Source: Alphaproteobacteria bacterium (lineage in GTDB: Bacteria; Pseudomonadota; Alphaproteobacteria; UBA9219). From it: a stretch of DNA of 64,000 nt. The first letter of the stretch is position 1. Each line of letters opens with the position of its first letter. Positions 49,251 to 61,451 of the stretch are shown piece after piece. A program made the translations under genes and the position numbers. The notes below the pieces were generated by a model. It did not search any database, had not been told where the DNA came from, and saw only the letters and a list, made by a program, of their open reading frames with translations. The stretch lies in the NCBI GenBank assembly GCA_028690155.1, contig JAQVBU010000002.1:21282-85281 (forward strand), given 5' to 3'.

Positions 49251-49434
49251 TCAGTCACTTTTTTAGATTTAACGACGAGTCGTTAAGAGAGGCTTAAAAT
49301 CGTTCCTAAGCGTGTATACTATCAAAGAAATACACGTGAATTTTTCCCTTGATTCGTCACGAAAGATAACTTCTGATGACCAAAAATATGCTTCTTTTCC
49401 AGAGAGATTTCTTCGAGATTCTTGGACGCCGCTC

Positions 49435-50205
49435 ATGAAAAAAATTTTCTTCTCCGCCAGCCATTCCCCTCTCGCCCAAAAAGCTTTTGCCGAGATGACC
49501 CAGCGCTATGGGCAATCTTCGTTGGACGACGCCGATTATTTTGTCGTCCTCGGTGGCGATGGGCAAGTTCTCAGCACGCTTTATGACGCGCTTTTAAGAG
49601 GAACGCCCGTTTTTGCCATTCGCCGCACAGAATCAATCGGCTTTTTATGCAACAACTTTAATAATCGAAGCGATTTGATCCAACGGCTTGAACGAGCCCA
49701 AAAGGCCGTACTCAACCCGCTCAGGATCGACGGCGAAACAACGGACGGCACCAGTTTTTCGTCTCTGTCGATCAACGAAGTTTCGATCGTCCGCGAAACC
49801 CCCCAAGCCGTTCGGCTTCGCATCCTGATCGACGGCGTCGAGCGCATTGCCAAATTCGGCGGCGACGGCATCATGGTTTCAACACCGGCTGGAAGCACCG
49901 CCTACAACCATTCTTGTGGGGGCCCGATCATGCCTCTTAACTCGAACACCCTTATTATAACGGGAATCAACGGGTTCAGGCCGCGCGGATGGTCTTATGC
50001 CGTCTTACCCCAAGACGCCGTGACAGAAATCCACGTCCTTGAACCAGCCAAACGCCCCGTTCGGATCGAAGCCGCCGGAAAGGCTCTTCACAACGCGGTC
50101 CATGCCAAAATTCGTCTCGATAAAACCCAAAACGTCACGCTCCTGTTCGATCCCGATCAACATCTGGGCGAACGAATCATCCGCGAACAATTTTTGCTTC
50201 AGTAA
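49435..50205 (+). CDS. ppnK: NAD(+) kinase
   Basis: GGDGQVL and DGIMVSTPAGSTAYNHSCGGPIM; start taken at MKKIFFSAS. Confidence 0.88.
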   Translation: MKKIFFSASHSPLAQKAFAEMTQRYGQSSLDDADYFVVLGGDGQVLSTLYDALLRGTPVFAIRRTESIGFLCNNFNNRSDLIQRLERAQKAVLNPLRIDGETTDGTSFSSLSINEVSIVRETPQAVRLRILIDGVERIAKFGGDGIMVSTPAGSTAYNHSCGGPIMPLNSNTLIITGINGFRPRGWSYAVLPQDAVTEIHVLEPAKRPVRIEAAGKALHNAVHAKIRLDKTQNVTLLFDPDQHLGERIIREQFLLQ

Positions 50206-50672
50206 TCCCGTTCCAACGGAATAATGCTGGGGCCGGACAGCATGGCAAAGTTCGGAACTTCGCCCGCATCCAATTTGTCCTTCACCATGGAGTCCAAACG
50301 CAAAATCCGCGCGTACAGCGCATGGCTACGCGCCATTAAATCCCGCAATCCGGCTGGAATTTCGGGATCGTCCTCGCCTTTGTCGCTCGAACACTCCTCG
50401 CTTTCGGTTAACGCGTATTGGGGTGCCGAGAACTGTTCCGGCGAAATCTCGCCCGACAACAAAGCTTTCATTGCAAGAAGCCACGTCATTACTTGAATCA
50501 ACCGCGCCGAAACGCGCGTATGGTGATAGCCTATATGGAGACAACGCGACAGATCCAACTGCCGACGATCCGCCTGTTCGTGATAGGCAATGTAATTACG
50601 AACCTCTTGCGTTAGGGCAAGCCCTTCGTCAAACGTACGGTCAAGAAGCGTTGTGGCTTTTTGTGCGGGCAT
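50199..50672 (-). CDS. DUF1465-family protein (RcdA-like, 'regulator of CtrA degradation' family)
   Basis: About 157 aa from Met-24 (MPAQKATTLLDRTFDEGLALTQEVRNYIAY...). The helical pattern resembles the DUF1465/RcdA family. Confidence 0.5.
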   Translation of the reverse strand: MPAQKATTLLDRTFDEGLALTQEVRNYIAYHEQADRRQLDLSRCLHIGYHHTRVSARLIQVMTWLLAMKALLSGEISPEQFSAPQYALTESEECSSDKGEDDPEIPAGLRDLMARSHALYARILRLDSMVKDKLDAGEVPNFAMLSGPSIIPLERDY

Positions 50673-50805
50673 AAGACCCCCCTTTCTCTCTTTTCGTGAT
50701 AGGGCCTTATTCTTAAAAAGAAGTATAAAACCCTTTAACAAGGTATTAATTTGTCGATCTGTTTGTGCTACCGTCCTCCTTTATGTGTTTCTTATAAGAT
50801 CAAGC

Positions 50806-51798
50806 ATGACTCAAACGACCTTTCTTACCGGAGCAACCGGGTTCCTCGGAACAGCGGTCGCACGACTGCTGCTTCGCAAGGGCCATCGCGTACGGGCTCT
50901 CGTGCGCCCAAACAGCGACCGCAAGAATCTGGAAGGGCTCGACCTCGATCTCGTCGAAGGAAATCTGACGGACCCCTCCTCGTATCGAGAATCCCTGCGC
51001 GGCTGCTACAACATGTTTCACGTCGCCGCCGATTACAGGCTTTGGGTCCGCGACGCCGACGCCATGCGCCGCGTCAACGTCGACGGCACGCGCATGCTGA
51101 TGCTGGAAGCTCTGGATGCCGGCGTGCGCCGCATTGTGTATACAAGCTCGGTCGCCACGCTCGGGCTGAATAAAGACGGGACGCCCTCCAACGAAAGAAC
51201 GCCCGTTTCCTTTTCGGATATGGTCGGCACCTACAAGCAGACGAAATACTTGGCCGAACAGGAAGTCTTGCGCTTGATCCGCCACCACAAACTTCCCGCC
51301 GTCATCGTCAATCCCTCGACCCCGATCGGACCTCGCGACATCAAGCCGACTCCCACGGGTAAAATCATCGTGGACGCCGTGCGCGGAAAAATGCCTGCCT
51401 ACGTCGATACCGGCCTCAATGTTGTCCATGTCGACGACGTTGCCATGGGGCACTGGCTTGCTCTTGAGCGCGGACGCGTTGGCGCTAAATATATCTTGGG
51501 CGGGACGAATCTTCCCCTTGAGACGATTTTGACGATCATCGCTGACATTGTGGGCCGACCGCCGCCCAAGATCAAACTCCCTCAGGCGCCACTCTTCCCT
51601 ATCGCGCTGGGGATGGAAGCTCTAGCGCATTTGACCGGCATTGAGCCCATGATGACTGTGGACACGTTGCGTATGGCAAAAAAGAAAATGTATTTCTCGA
51701 CAAGCTTGGCCGAGCACGAGCTGGGCTATACCTTCCGCCCGGCACGCGAGGCCATCGCCGATGCCATCGCCTGGTTCCGCGCCGAGTGGTATTGCTGA
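50806..51798 (+). CDS. NAD-dependent nucleoside-diphosphate-sugar epimerase (hopanoid-associated HpnA-like)
   Basis: MTQTTFLTGATGFLGTAVARLL Rossmann motif and the YxxxK pattern YKQTK; similar to HpnA/SDR family epimerases. Confidence 0.75.
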   Translation: MTQTTFLTGATGFLGTAVARLLLRKGHRVRALVRPNSDRKNLEGLDLDLVEGNLTDPSSYRESLRGCYNMFHVAADYRLWVRDADAMRRVNVDGTRMLMLEALDAGVRRIVYTSSVATLGLNKDGTPSNERTPVSFSDMVGTYKQTKYLAEQEVLRLIRHHKLPAVIVNPSTPIGPRDIKPTPTGKIIVDAVRGKMPAYVDTGLNVVHVDDVAMGHWLALERGRVGAKYILGGTNLPLETILTIIADIVGRPPPKIKLPQAPLFPIALGMEALAHLTGIEPMMTVDTLRMAKKKMYFSTSLAEHELGYTFRPAREAIADAIAWFRAEWYC

Positions 51799-51809
51799 TA
51801 ACAAAGGGG

Positions 51810-53933
51810 CTAGGTCGGAAGAAGCTTTTGTATGGCGTCGCGACCCTGCCGGTTTTCTACATAGTCCGCCAAAGCAACGACCGCACGGCGATCATATTTT
51901 GTGCCGATCTGCTCAAGAAGCGTTTTTACGGCAAAGTCCATCGTCATGGCCGAACGGTACGAACGGGCGCTGATCATGCCGACAAAAGCGTTGGCAACGG
52001 CGATGATGCGAGCCGTCACAAGAATCGCCTCGCCCTTCATTCTAAGAGGCCCCGTTCCATCATAGCATTCCTGAGCCTGCCGCAACGTTTCGACCACAGG
52101 GCCTTCGAAGTCGATCTTTTCCAAAAGATCGATGCTGCTTTGGAAAGAACGGCGAACCGTCTGCCTTTCCTCGTCCGTCAGCGCCCCGACCTTGGTCAAC
52201 AAAGAGCACGGCACGGAAATTTTTCCGACATTCATCAAACGCCCCGCCATCTCGGCCGTCCCTATCCTCGAACGATCCAATCCCATGCCAACCGCCATGG
52301 CGCGCGCGACAGCCGCGACACATAATGAATGCTGAGCCGCATAAGGATCTCGCCGATCGACCATCGTGACCAACATGTCGGCTAACTGGCGCAAAATACG
52401 TTCGCGCTGTTCACGTTCCTTGACGACCTCGGTAATGTCCTGATCGATCATAAGAACGCCGGGCGTCGGCATCGGCAAACCTTCGACGGGCACATGCGGC
52501 AAAGGAATATGCTCGGAACGGATCACCGCGCAAACACCTGCGCCGCGCTCAAGCGTCCACGCCCGAACATAAGAAGCCCGACGGGCCAAAGCAATCCCGT
52601 TTCCTTCGACATACCCCTTGGCTTGAGCGCTCCCCATCAGAGCCGCCAGATCCTTTCCGACAACGGCATCGGCCGTCAGACGAAACGTCTTGGCGGCTTT
52701 GGCGTTTGCAAAACGAGCGACATTTTTTTCGTCCGCAATAAGGATGGACGCATTCTGATTGTCCGCGACGATCCGCAAAAGACGCTCCTGTGAGGCCAAA
52801 CGTTCGGCCACACGCTGCGTTTCAAGGGACAAAAGCAACATTCTGCGGGACGTGCCATAATACCATACGGCAACAACACCCCCAATAACCGCCAAAAGAG
52901 AGAGAAGCAAAATAACTTCCATCTGACGAAGCCGGGCACGCGCGGCTTCCATGGCATGGCGTTCGTCGACGTGAATCATCAGCACCCATGGCGTGTTGTC
53001 GATCGTACGACTGATCATAAGGGTTGGTTGGGACCGTGCATCTTTCTTAAGGTCAAAAACGCCTGGAGATTTGACGGCATGGGCGGCATCCAAATCCGGC
53101 GTTTCAAGAGCGAGGGATGACGCCACGCCTTCGCGATTTTTTCTCGGAGAAAGATAGGTTACGACGTCCCCATCCCGTCGAAGCAGAACGGCTTCCAAGG
53201 TTTCGTCGGTCGAACCAGGATGATTCAGCAGACTAAAAAAGTCCTCGCCGAGATCCGTAATGGCCACAAGCCGGGCCAAAGGCGGCGACGGGACGTCGGC
53301 CTGTATGGGAAAAACCGGAAGAACAAAGCCCATCCGGGCACGCCCGGATTCTGTCCGATAAACGTCCAGAATAGCGGTTTTTCCTTCGGGAACGAGGTCA
53401 ACGCGCCGAAGCACGGCGGGATCAATCACGGAAAGACCGGCCGTGGAGGCCAAAATACGGCCATCCTTGTCGATCAGGGCAAGGCCGACTCCCGACGGAG
53501 CGGCAACACCGGCGGGAATGGATTGAAGCTCTTTCGATTGCGTCTCAACGAAGCCGATGCGGTCAGCCGTTATGGAAAGCAAATTTTTTAAGAAAACGGC
53601 TTGCGCAGGCTCTTCCTCCTCCTTCGGCTCGGACGAACCGACAAGATCGCTTACGTAAAGCTGAAGCGATGGGTTATCGGCAACCTCGGCCAACGCCTTT
53701 CTTTTGCGATTCAGCCAGCCGTTCAAGGCGTCGACGCGACTGTCGGCGACCAAAGCGAGTTTGTTTTGCCACGACAAAAGCTCATGTTGATATTCGATCG
53801 ACATAAAATGAAAAATGGCCGCGCCGCCCGTAACGGCAAAAAAAACGATCAAGACAAGCAAAACGGCGGGATTGATCGATGGTTTTCTAGGCTGAGGCTT
53901 TTTGCCGAAGATGTCTTTTTGCGCGTGCATCAC
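51810..53933 (-). CDS. Membrane-bound sensor protein with a periplasmic domain and a cytoplasmic HD-GYP phosphohydrolase domain (putative c-di-GMP phosphodiesterase)
   Basis: 707 aa. N-terminal transmembrane helix, a large periplasmic segment and a second transmembrane helix. The C-terminal HD domain carries HSLCVAAVARAM...; the GYP-like region is ECYDGTGP. Confidence 0.7.
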   Translation of the reverse strand: MMHAQKDIFGKKPQPRKPSINPAVLLVLIVFFAVTGGAAIFHFMSIEYQHELLSWQNKLALVADSRVDALNGWLNRKRKALAEVADNPSLQLYVSDLVGSSEPKEEEEPAQAVFLKNLLSITADRIGFVETQSKELQSIPAGVAAPSGVGLALIDKDGRILASTAGLSVIDPAVLRRVDLVPEGKTAILDVYRTESGRARMGFVLPVFPIQADVPSPPLARLVAITDLGEDFFSLLNHPGSTDETLEAVLLRRDGDVVTYLSPRKNREGVASSLALETPDLDAAHAVKSPGVFDLKKDARSQPTLMISRTIDNTPWVLMIHVDERHAMEAARARLRQMEVILLLSLLAVIGGVVAVWYYGTSRRMLLLSLETQRVAERLASQERLLRIVADNQNASILIADEKNVARFANAKAAKTFRLTADAVVGKDLAALMGSAQAKGYVEGNGIALARRASYVRAWTLERGAGVCAVIRSEHIPLPHVPVEGLPMPTPGVLMIDQDITEVVKEREQRERILRQLADMLVTMVDRRDPYAAQHSLCVAAVARAMAVGMGLDRSRIGTAEMAGRLMNVGKISVPCSLLTKVGALTDEERQTVRRSFQSSIDLLEKIDFEGPVVETLRQAQECYDGTGPLRMKGEAILVTARIIAVANAFVGMISARSYRSAMTMDFAVKTLLEQIGTKYDRRAVVALADYVENRQGRDAIQKLLPT

Positions 53934-53951
53934 GAAAAGCCCTTTCTGCCT

Positions 53952-54974
53952 TTATTCCAAGACAAAGTGTTGCCACCAGTGATTCTCATTAATCGAATAG
54001 ATGGGAACATAGTGGTAAACGCGATCGGTTGAAACAACCTGTTTGATCTGGTTATCCAATATATAAGATTTTCCCCCGGCCGAAACAACCAGGATCGCGT
54101 GAATGATGCCGCCGAGATTCAAGTCTTTCAGAACGACGACACGCATGGCATCGGCGGGAACCCCCAACGCGCGCAGAGACATGTATTTAGCAATGGCATA
54201 ATCCTTACAATTTCCGCTACGGCGCTGAAATTCATAAGGCGTCTCCCAATAGTTATCAAAGCCCCAGTTAAGAATGTCATCCACATAAGGATACGTGTTG
54301 ATGTAACGATTCACGCCTTTAAGGCGTTCGAGCAAAGGTTCTTTTCTCAAACCATCAAGAAACGACTGCCACGCCTTAAGCTTGCAAGGCGTATGCGTCT
54401 GAGCGCCGCACACCGTGTCGAGCGAGCGCGCCTCTTTGTTAAAACGGGACAACATGCCCGTCCAACGAGGAAATATCGCGATATTATCCGAGCGTACCTC
54501 GTGATTAACAAAATAGGTGGGACGTTTTTTCCTTTGAAGCGCTCGAGGCGCATCTTGTCGGCCATGCGGCAGCATCGTTCCCGTCGGCTCGTCGAATAAA
54601 AACGTCGGGGTTGATAAAACGATGCTGTCCGGTCTCGAAGGCTCGACAACCTCCGTGGCATATTCTTGGGGACTGAGCTTAACGGGTCCTGGCGGAACGA
54701 TAAGGATCTCTTTGCCCTTCGCGTCGTTTGTTCCCGGCGCCGAGTCAAACACGGCTTCATTTTTGGAAAGCGCCATGCGTTCAAACGACGCAAGAGATTG
54801 CGTGAGAAAACGATCCCCCGCCCATCCTCCACCGCCAAGGATCACGAGCATGATTCCAGCGTTCAAAATTTTTTTATGCGACCGTTTCACACTGCCCGCC
54901 CGAACGCTTTGGAAAGAACGAAGAAAGCCAAGAAGATAATGATGGGCTGTAACATCCCCTTGAGCTTTGGGCAA
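53952..54974 (-). CDS. Bacterial transglutaminase-like cysteine peptidase (BTLCP)
   Basis: The C-terminal catalytic core NCKDYAIAKYMSLRALGVPADAMRVVVLKD...GIIHAILVV (Cys/His/Asp) is typical of BTLCP. The start is uncertain; the internal Met at about 54851 would give a signal-like N-terminus. Confidence 0.65.
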   Translation of the reverse strand: MPKAQGDVTAHHYLLGFLRSFQSVRAGSVKRSHKKILNAGIMLVILGGGGWAGDRFLTQSLASFERMALSKNEAVFDSAPGTNDAKGKEILIVPPGPVKLSPQEYATEVVEPSRPDSIVLSTPTFLFDEPTGTMLPHGRQDAPRALQRKKRPTYFVNHEVRSDNIAIFPRWTGMLSRFNKEARSLDTVCGAQTHTPCKLKAWQSFLDGLRKEPLLERLKGVNRYINTYPYVDDILNWGFDNYWETPYEFQRRSGNCKDYAIAKYMSLRALGVPADAMRVVVLKDLNLGGIIHAILVVSAGGKSYILDNQIKQVVSTDRVYHYVPIYSINENHWWQHFVLE

Positions 54975-55043
54975 GGGAAAGCCATCCGTCAGCCTTCTGG
55001 CTTAAGGGCAAAAGCGCCTTTTTCCGTATAACTGACGGTGGAG

Positions 55044-56720
<1,677 letters not shown>

Positions 56721-57053
56721 CTATTGGGCCAACGGAACCTGAGGCGCCTCGGAAGCGGGTGCGTCCGAAGCCGCGTCCGACGAAATTGGCGCGATTTGAT
56801 CGACAAGGCTTTCGTTCTTGTGTTGGCCGCTGGCAAGAATGCCTAACGCAAGACTATTAAGAATAAAAAGCGTTGCCAAAACTGCGGTGGTGCGCGTTAA
56901 AAGATTGGCAGACCCACGCGCCGTAAACAACCCACCCATCGTTCCACTTCCGCCCATAAGGCCGCCACCATCCTGCGCCGTGCGCTGAAGAAGAATAACG
57001 GCGACCAAAGCGATGGCGAGGATCAACTGAAGAACAAGCAGAACGTTTTGCAT
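56721..57053 (-). CDS. secG: Preprotein translocase subunit SecG
   Basis: MQNVLLVLQLILAIALVAVILLQ and the Gly-rich loop GGGLMGGSGTMGG. Confidence 0.85.
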   Translation of the reverse strand: MQNVLLVLQLILAIALVAVILLQRTAQDGGGLMGGSGTMGGLFTARGSANLLTRTTAVLATLFILNSLALGILASGQHKNESLVDQIAPISSDAASDAPASEAPQVPLAQ

Positions 57054-57318
57054 AAAAGAGGCCCCTTCTCATGTCTCAATGAACAAAAAAACCGCCACGA
57101 CAAGTCAATTGAACGACCCGACATGGCAAAAAAAGCGCTAGTTTTTGGCTGGAACAATTTTATAGGGGATTTCGAGAGAAAAAGAAAGCGTCCCCGAGGT
57201 CGATTTTGCAAAAAAATACCGCCCATCAACAAACCGACAGAAAATGCCTTGTATTCTTTATTGTTTTTAATCAGCCTGTTGGCCAACAAGCCTCAACAAA
57301 GAGGTTAAGATCTCGATT

Positions 57319-57657
57319 TTATACCGAATCAAAGGGGATTTTTTTCGCCGTCAAAAGGCTCTGAAGCTCTCCGGCCTCGACCATATCCCTCATGATATCG
57401 CTTCCGCCGACAAACTCTCCTTTAATGTACAGCTGAGGAAGAACGGGCCAACGACTGTAATCCTTGATTCCCTGATGAAGGCTTGGGTCGGCCAACACGT
57501 CGATCGCTTTATAGGCAACGTTGAGCATGGATAAAATTTGCACGGCCTGAGCAGAGAATCCGCATTGCGGAAAAACAGGCGTTCCCTTCATGTACAGCAC
57601 GACATCGTGCGTCGATATTTCGGAAGCGATGCGCTCGGCAACGACAGGGTTAATCAT
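57319..57657 (-). CDS. grxD: Monothiol glutaredoxin (Grx4/GrxD family)
   Basis: The CGFS active site (PQCGFSAQAV) and the WPVLPQLYIKGEFVGGSDI stretch. Confidence 0.9.
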   Translation of the reverse strand: MINPVVAERIASEISTHDVVLYMKGTPVFPQCGFSAQAVQILSMLNVAYKAIDVLADPSLHQGIKDYSRWPVLPQLYIKGEFVGGSDIMRDMVEAGELQSLLTAKKIPFDSV

Positions 57658-57732
57658 GGAAACTCCTTATTCTCTTGCACCCATTATGCGTTGTCCCGTG
57701 AAAAGAAGGAAGGAAAAATACGCCCCTTTTCT

Positions 57733-57761
57733 TGACAAAGGGTGAGGGCATTTTTATCCTT
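57733..57761 (+). promoter_or_regulatory. Sigma70-like promoter candidate (TTGACA-17 bp-TATCCT)
   Basis: The exact -35 hexamer TTGACA, a 17-bp spacer and a TATCCT -10, about 40 bp upstream of the 57803 ORF. Confidence 0.35.
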
Positions 57762-57802
57762 GCGGCGCTTGTTTTCCACGGAACCCCCTTGAGAAAAAAA
57801 GG

Positions 57803-58072
57803 ATGTCGTCCCTTTTTCCAAAAGATTCGCCACCGCCCGCAAGTCGCCTAAGAATTAAAAGCGCGCCACAGCCTACTAAAGCGCCCGCCAAAAAACATGA
57901 AGTCTCTTGGCTTGTGCCGGTCTTACAAATCTTGTTTATCGTGGCCTGCTTGGGCGGCATTGTTTGGTACATCGTTTCGGACCCAGGAGAACGGTCGTTT
58001 ACCTGCGATCGAAGGCTTCAAGGGCACGGATCGGCGTCTCTCACCCGCTTCGGATCTTGTTGGAAGGATTGA
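57803..58072 (+). CDS. Small hypothetical membrane protein (89 aa)
   Basis: Pro/Lys-rich N-terminus and one transmembrane helix (WLVPVLQILFIVACLGGIVWYIV), preceded by the promoter-like element. Confidence 0.35.
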   Translation: MSSLFPKDSPPPASRLRIKSAPQPTKAPAKKHEVSWLVPVLQILFIVACLGGIVWYIVSDPGERSFTCDRRLQGHGSASLTRFGSCWKD

Positions 58073-58081
58073 CTGATCTTA

Positions 58082-58321
58082 TCAATCCTTGGACGGAATA
58101 GCCGTTTTTAACGAAAGAGCATGCAACACGCCGCCGACGCGGCCTTGAAGCGCGTCGTACACCATTTTGTGCTGCTGCACACGGGTCTTGCCGACGAAAG
58201 CACGACTTTCGACATAGGCCTGAAAATAATCCCCATCGCCGCGAAGATCCTTTAATTCGACCTGAGCATCCGGCAAGGCTTCCTTTATCAGGCGCAAAAT
58301 TTCCGCCTCGGTCATCGGCAT
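58082..58321 (-). CDS. BolA-family protein (IbaG-like)
   Basis: 79 aa; LRGDGDYFQAYVESRAFVGKTRVQQHKMVYDAL, the BolA fold motif. Confidence 0.75.
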   Translation of the reverse strand: MPMTEAEILRLIKEALPDAQVELKDLRGDGDYFQAYVESRAFVGKTRVQQHKMVYDALQGRVGGVLHALSLKTAIPSKD

Positions 58322-58336
58322 GGCATTTTTCTCCCC

Positions 58337-60544
58337 TTAGGCCATAAATTTTGGCAGAAAACCTTCGTGCGCATCCGACAAGGCCTTTACCGCAATGCGC
58401 TCTTGCCCGAGGCAAAGCTCGCTTCCGCCAACGCGTCCAAGTTTTGTAAAAGGAATGTCCGCATCCCGGGCCGTTTTTTCGAACGCGGCCGCATCCGTCG
58501 TTGTCACAACATAACGGGCTTGGTCTTCGCCAAACCAGAAAGCCGCGTCGCCCCCGATTTCAAGGGACAATCCCAACGCCCCCGCCATGGCCATCTCGGC
58601 CACGGCAACAAGAAGGCCTCCGTCCGAGATATCGTGGCATGCCGACACTTTTTGGGCGTCAATCATCAATCGAATAAAGTCCCCATAGCGACGTTCGGCC
58701 TCAAGGTCGACAGGAGGGGGCGCGCCCTCTTCCTTTCCGAAAACTTCGCGCAAATAAAGCGATCGGCCGATATGCCCCTCGGTTTTTCCGAGAACATAAA
58801 CTGTCTCGCCTTCGCGAGAAAAAGCCATTCCAATCGCTTTTGAACTATCGGCAATCACGCCAACACCGCCGATGATCGGCGTCGGCTCGATCGGTGCCCC
58901 GTTCGTTTCGTTATAAAGGCTGCAATTGCCCGACACGACAGGATACGATAAGGCACGGCAGGCTTCGCCGATACCCTGAACAGCCCCGACGAACTGACCC
59001 ATGATGCGCGGCTTTTCCGGATTGCCGAAGTTCATGTTGTCCGTCACAGCCAAAGGCGTGGCCCCTACAGCGCACAAATTGCGCCATGTCTCAACCACCG
59101 CTTGGCGCCCACCCATAACAGGATCGGCCACACAATAACGCGACGTACAATCGGCCGTCATAGCCAACGCTTTCTTAGTCCCGTCCAACCGTACGACGGC
59201 CGCATCGGCGCCGGGTCCTTGAACGGTATTGGCACGAACAAGACTGTCGTATTGTTCCCAAATCCACCGCTTGGAACATAAATCCGGCGACGCCAGCATT
59301 TTTGTCAACACGCCCAAAAGCGTTTGTCCGCTTGGCAACGGATAATCCTCGACCTTGACGGCTTCGGATGCGGGCGTCGGCTCCCACGGACGCTTGTACA
59401 TCGGAGCCTTTTCAACCAACGGCGCCACAGGCATATCGATCTCCACAATGCCGTCACGCGTGCACACAATCCTTCCCGTATCGGTCAGAACGCCTATAAC
59501 GGCAAAATCAAGCTCCCACTTCTTGAAAATGGCCCCAGCCTCGGCCTCGCATCCGGGCTTAAGCACCATCAACATACGCTCCTGGCTCTCCGAGAGCATA
59601 ATTTCATAAGCGCTCATGCCCTCTTCCCGCAAAGGCACCTTGTCCAGATCAAGCGTGATACCCAGCCCACCTTTCGACGCCATCTCGACAGCCGACGACG
59701 TCAGACCTGCCGCGCCCATATCCTGTATCGAGACAATGGCGTCCGTTGCCATCAACTCTAGGCAAGCTTCAAGAAGAAGTTTTTCCGTGAACGGGTCTCC
59801 CACCTGAACCGTGGGTTTTTTCGCATCGGAATCCTCGTTGAATTCGCCCGAGGCCATGGTCGCGCCCTTGATGCCGTCGCGCCCTGTTTTCGAGCCGACA
59901 TAAACGACCGGGTTCCCGACGCCCGCGGCCTTCGAATAGAAAATACGGTTGGCGTCGGCAACGCCGACCGTCATCGCGTTAACAAGAATGTTGCCGTTAT
60001 AGCTTGCATGAAAACACGTCTCGCCGCCCACGGTCGGCACGCCGACGCAGTTTCCATAACCGCCGATACCGGCCACAACGCCCGCGACAAGGCTTTTCGT
60101 TTTGGGGTGGTCAACCGACCCGAATCGCAGCGCATTCAAGTTTGCGATCGGACGAGCCCCCATCGTAAAGACATCGCGTAAAATGCCGCCCACGCCGGTT
60201 CCGGCGCCTTGGTAGGGTTCAATAAACGACGGGTGATTATGGCTCTCCATCTTAAAAACAGCGGCTTGCCCATCGCCGATATCGATAACGCCCGCGTTTT
60301 CACCGGGTCCGCAGATAACCTGAGGCCCCGTGGTTGGCAACGTCTTAAGCCAAACCTTGGTCGATTTATACGAACAATGCTCGGATCCCATGGCCGCCGC
60401 CACGCCAAACTCGGCCAGTGTCGGTTCCCGTCCAAGGATTCCTAAAAAAACATCGTATTCTTCGCGCGACATCCCATGGTCAGTTAATAATTTTTCAACG
60501 CCGCCTTGTTCGTCCGAAACCCTACGGGCCGTTTTTTGAGACAT
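58337..60544 (-). CDS. purL: Phosphoribosylformylglycinamidine synthase subunit PurL
   Basis: 735 aa with the PurL/FGAM synthase II AIR-synthase-like domains ([14 protein letters not shown]). Confidence 0.93.
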   Translation of the reverse strand: MSQKTARRVSDEQGGVEKLLTDHGMSREEYDVFLGILGREPTLAEFGVAAAMGSEHCSYKSTKVWLKTLPTTGPQVICGPGENAGVIDIGDGQAAVFKMESHNHPSFIEPYQGAGTGVGGILRDVFTMGARPIANLNALRFGSVDHPKTKSLVAGVVAGIGGYGNCVGVPTVGGETCFHASYNGNILVNAMTVGVADANRIFYSKAAGVGNPVVYVGSKTGRDGIKGATMASGEFNEDSDAKKPTVQVGDPFTEKLLLEACLELMATDAIVSIQDMGAAGLTSSAVEMASKGGLGITLDLDKVPLREEGMSAYEIMLSESQERMLMVLKPGCEAEAGAIFKKWELDFAVIGVLTDTGRIVCTRDGIVEIDMPVAPLVEKAPMYKRPWEPTPASEAVKVEDYPLPSGQTLLGVLTKMLASPDLCSKRWIWEQYDSLVRANTVQGPGADAAVVRLDGTKKALAMTADCTSRYCVADPVMGGRQAVVETWRNLCAVGATPLAVTDNMNFGNPEKPRIMGQFVGAVQGIGEACRALSYPVVSGNCSLYNETNGAPIEPTPIIGGVGVIADSSKAIGMAFSREGETVYVLGKTEGHIGRSLYLREVFGKEEGAPPPVDLEAERRYGDFIRLMIDAQKVSACHDISDGGLLVAVAEMAMAGALGLSLEIGGDAAFWFGEDQARYVVTTTDAAAFEKTARDADIPFTKLGRVGGSELCLGQERIAVKALSDAHEGFLPKFMA

Positions 60545-60641
60545 CTCTGTTTACCTTTATAAAATAGTCGCGGAAGAGTAGCCTAGATTCTCAATATGCA
60601 AAATGCCAAAATCGGCATGTGACTAAAAAAGGAGGCTCCCT

Positions 60642-61451
60642 ATGAAAATAGGCATTAAAAATATCGTCAAAGCGAAAGAGCACATCGTTTGCCTAACCTC
60701 TTACACGGCGCCCATGACACGAATCGTCGATCCGCTTGTCGATATCATTCTTGTCGGTGATTCGCTGGGCATGGCTATTTATGGATTTGAAAACACGCTG
60801 CCGGTCACCCTTGATATGATGATCGCGCACGGTGAAGCCGTGGCCCGAACGGCCGGCCACGCGCTCGTGGTCATCGATATGCCCTATGGCACTTACGAAA
60901 AATCGCCCGCGCAGGCTCTCGAAAACGCAAAGCGCATTATGGACGAAACGAAAGCCGACGCCGTCAAGCTGGAAGGCGGCTTAGCCTTTATCGATACCAT
61001 CCGGACGCTTGTGGAAAACGGTATTCCCGTTATGGGACATGTCGGCCTTCTACCCCAATCGGTCGAAAAAATGGGGGGCTACAAAATTCAGGGTCGTGGC
61101 GACGAAGGAGCTCAAAAGGTCATGGCGGACGCAAAGGCCGTCGAAAAAGCCGGGGCTTTTTCCGTGGTTATCGAAGGCACTCTGGAGCCCGTCGCGCGGG
61201 ATATCACGGACGCGCTGTCCATTCCAACCATCGGCATCGGGGCCTCTCCGTTCTGCGACGGACAAATTCTCGTTGTCAACGATCTTCTTGGAACGTTTTC
61301 GGCTTTCTCGCCCAAATTCGCCAAACGTTATATTAATCTGCCGCCGATCATCGTCGAAGCAATCAGCCAATACGCCGACGACGTGCGCGAACGGCGCTTC
61401 CCGACGATGGATCATTGCTATTTGCCCAAACTCGACGATGGAGGGTCATAG
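60642..61451 (+). CDS. panB: 3-methyl-2-oxobutanoate hydroxymethyltransferase PanB
   Basis: [24 protein letters not shown] and GHVGLLPQS. Confidence 0.92.
   Translation: MKIGIKNIVKAKEHIVCLTSYTAPMTRIVDPLVDIILVGDSLGMAIYGFENTLPVTLDMMIAHGEAVARTAGHALVVIDMPYGTYEKSPAQALENAKRIMDETKADAVKLEGGLAFIDTIRTLVENGIPVMGHVGLLPQSVEKMGGYKIQGRGDEGAQKVMADAKAVEKAGAFSVVIEGTLEPVARDITDALSIPTIGIGASPFCDGQILVVNDLLGTFSAFSPKFAKRYINLPPIIVEAISQYADDVRERRFPTMDHCYLPKLDDGGS

Noticed and set aside
50751-51453. 140-aa plus ORF and 217-aa minus ORF within the epimerase gene
   Set aside because: Alternative frames of a gene with a clear Rossmann-fold frame.
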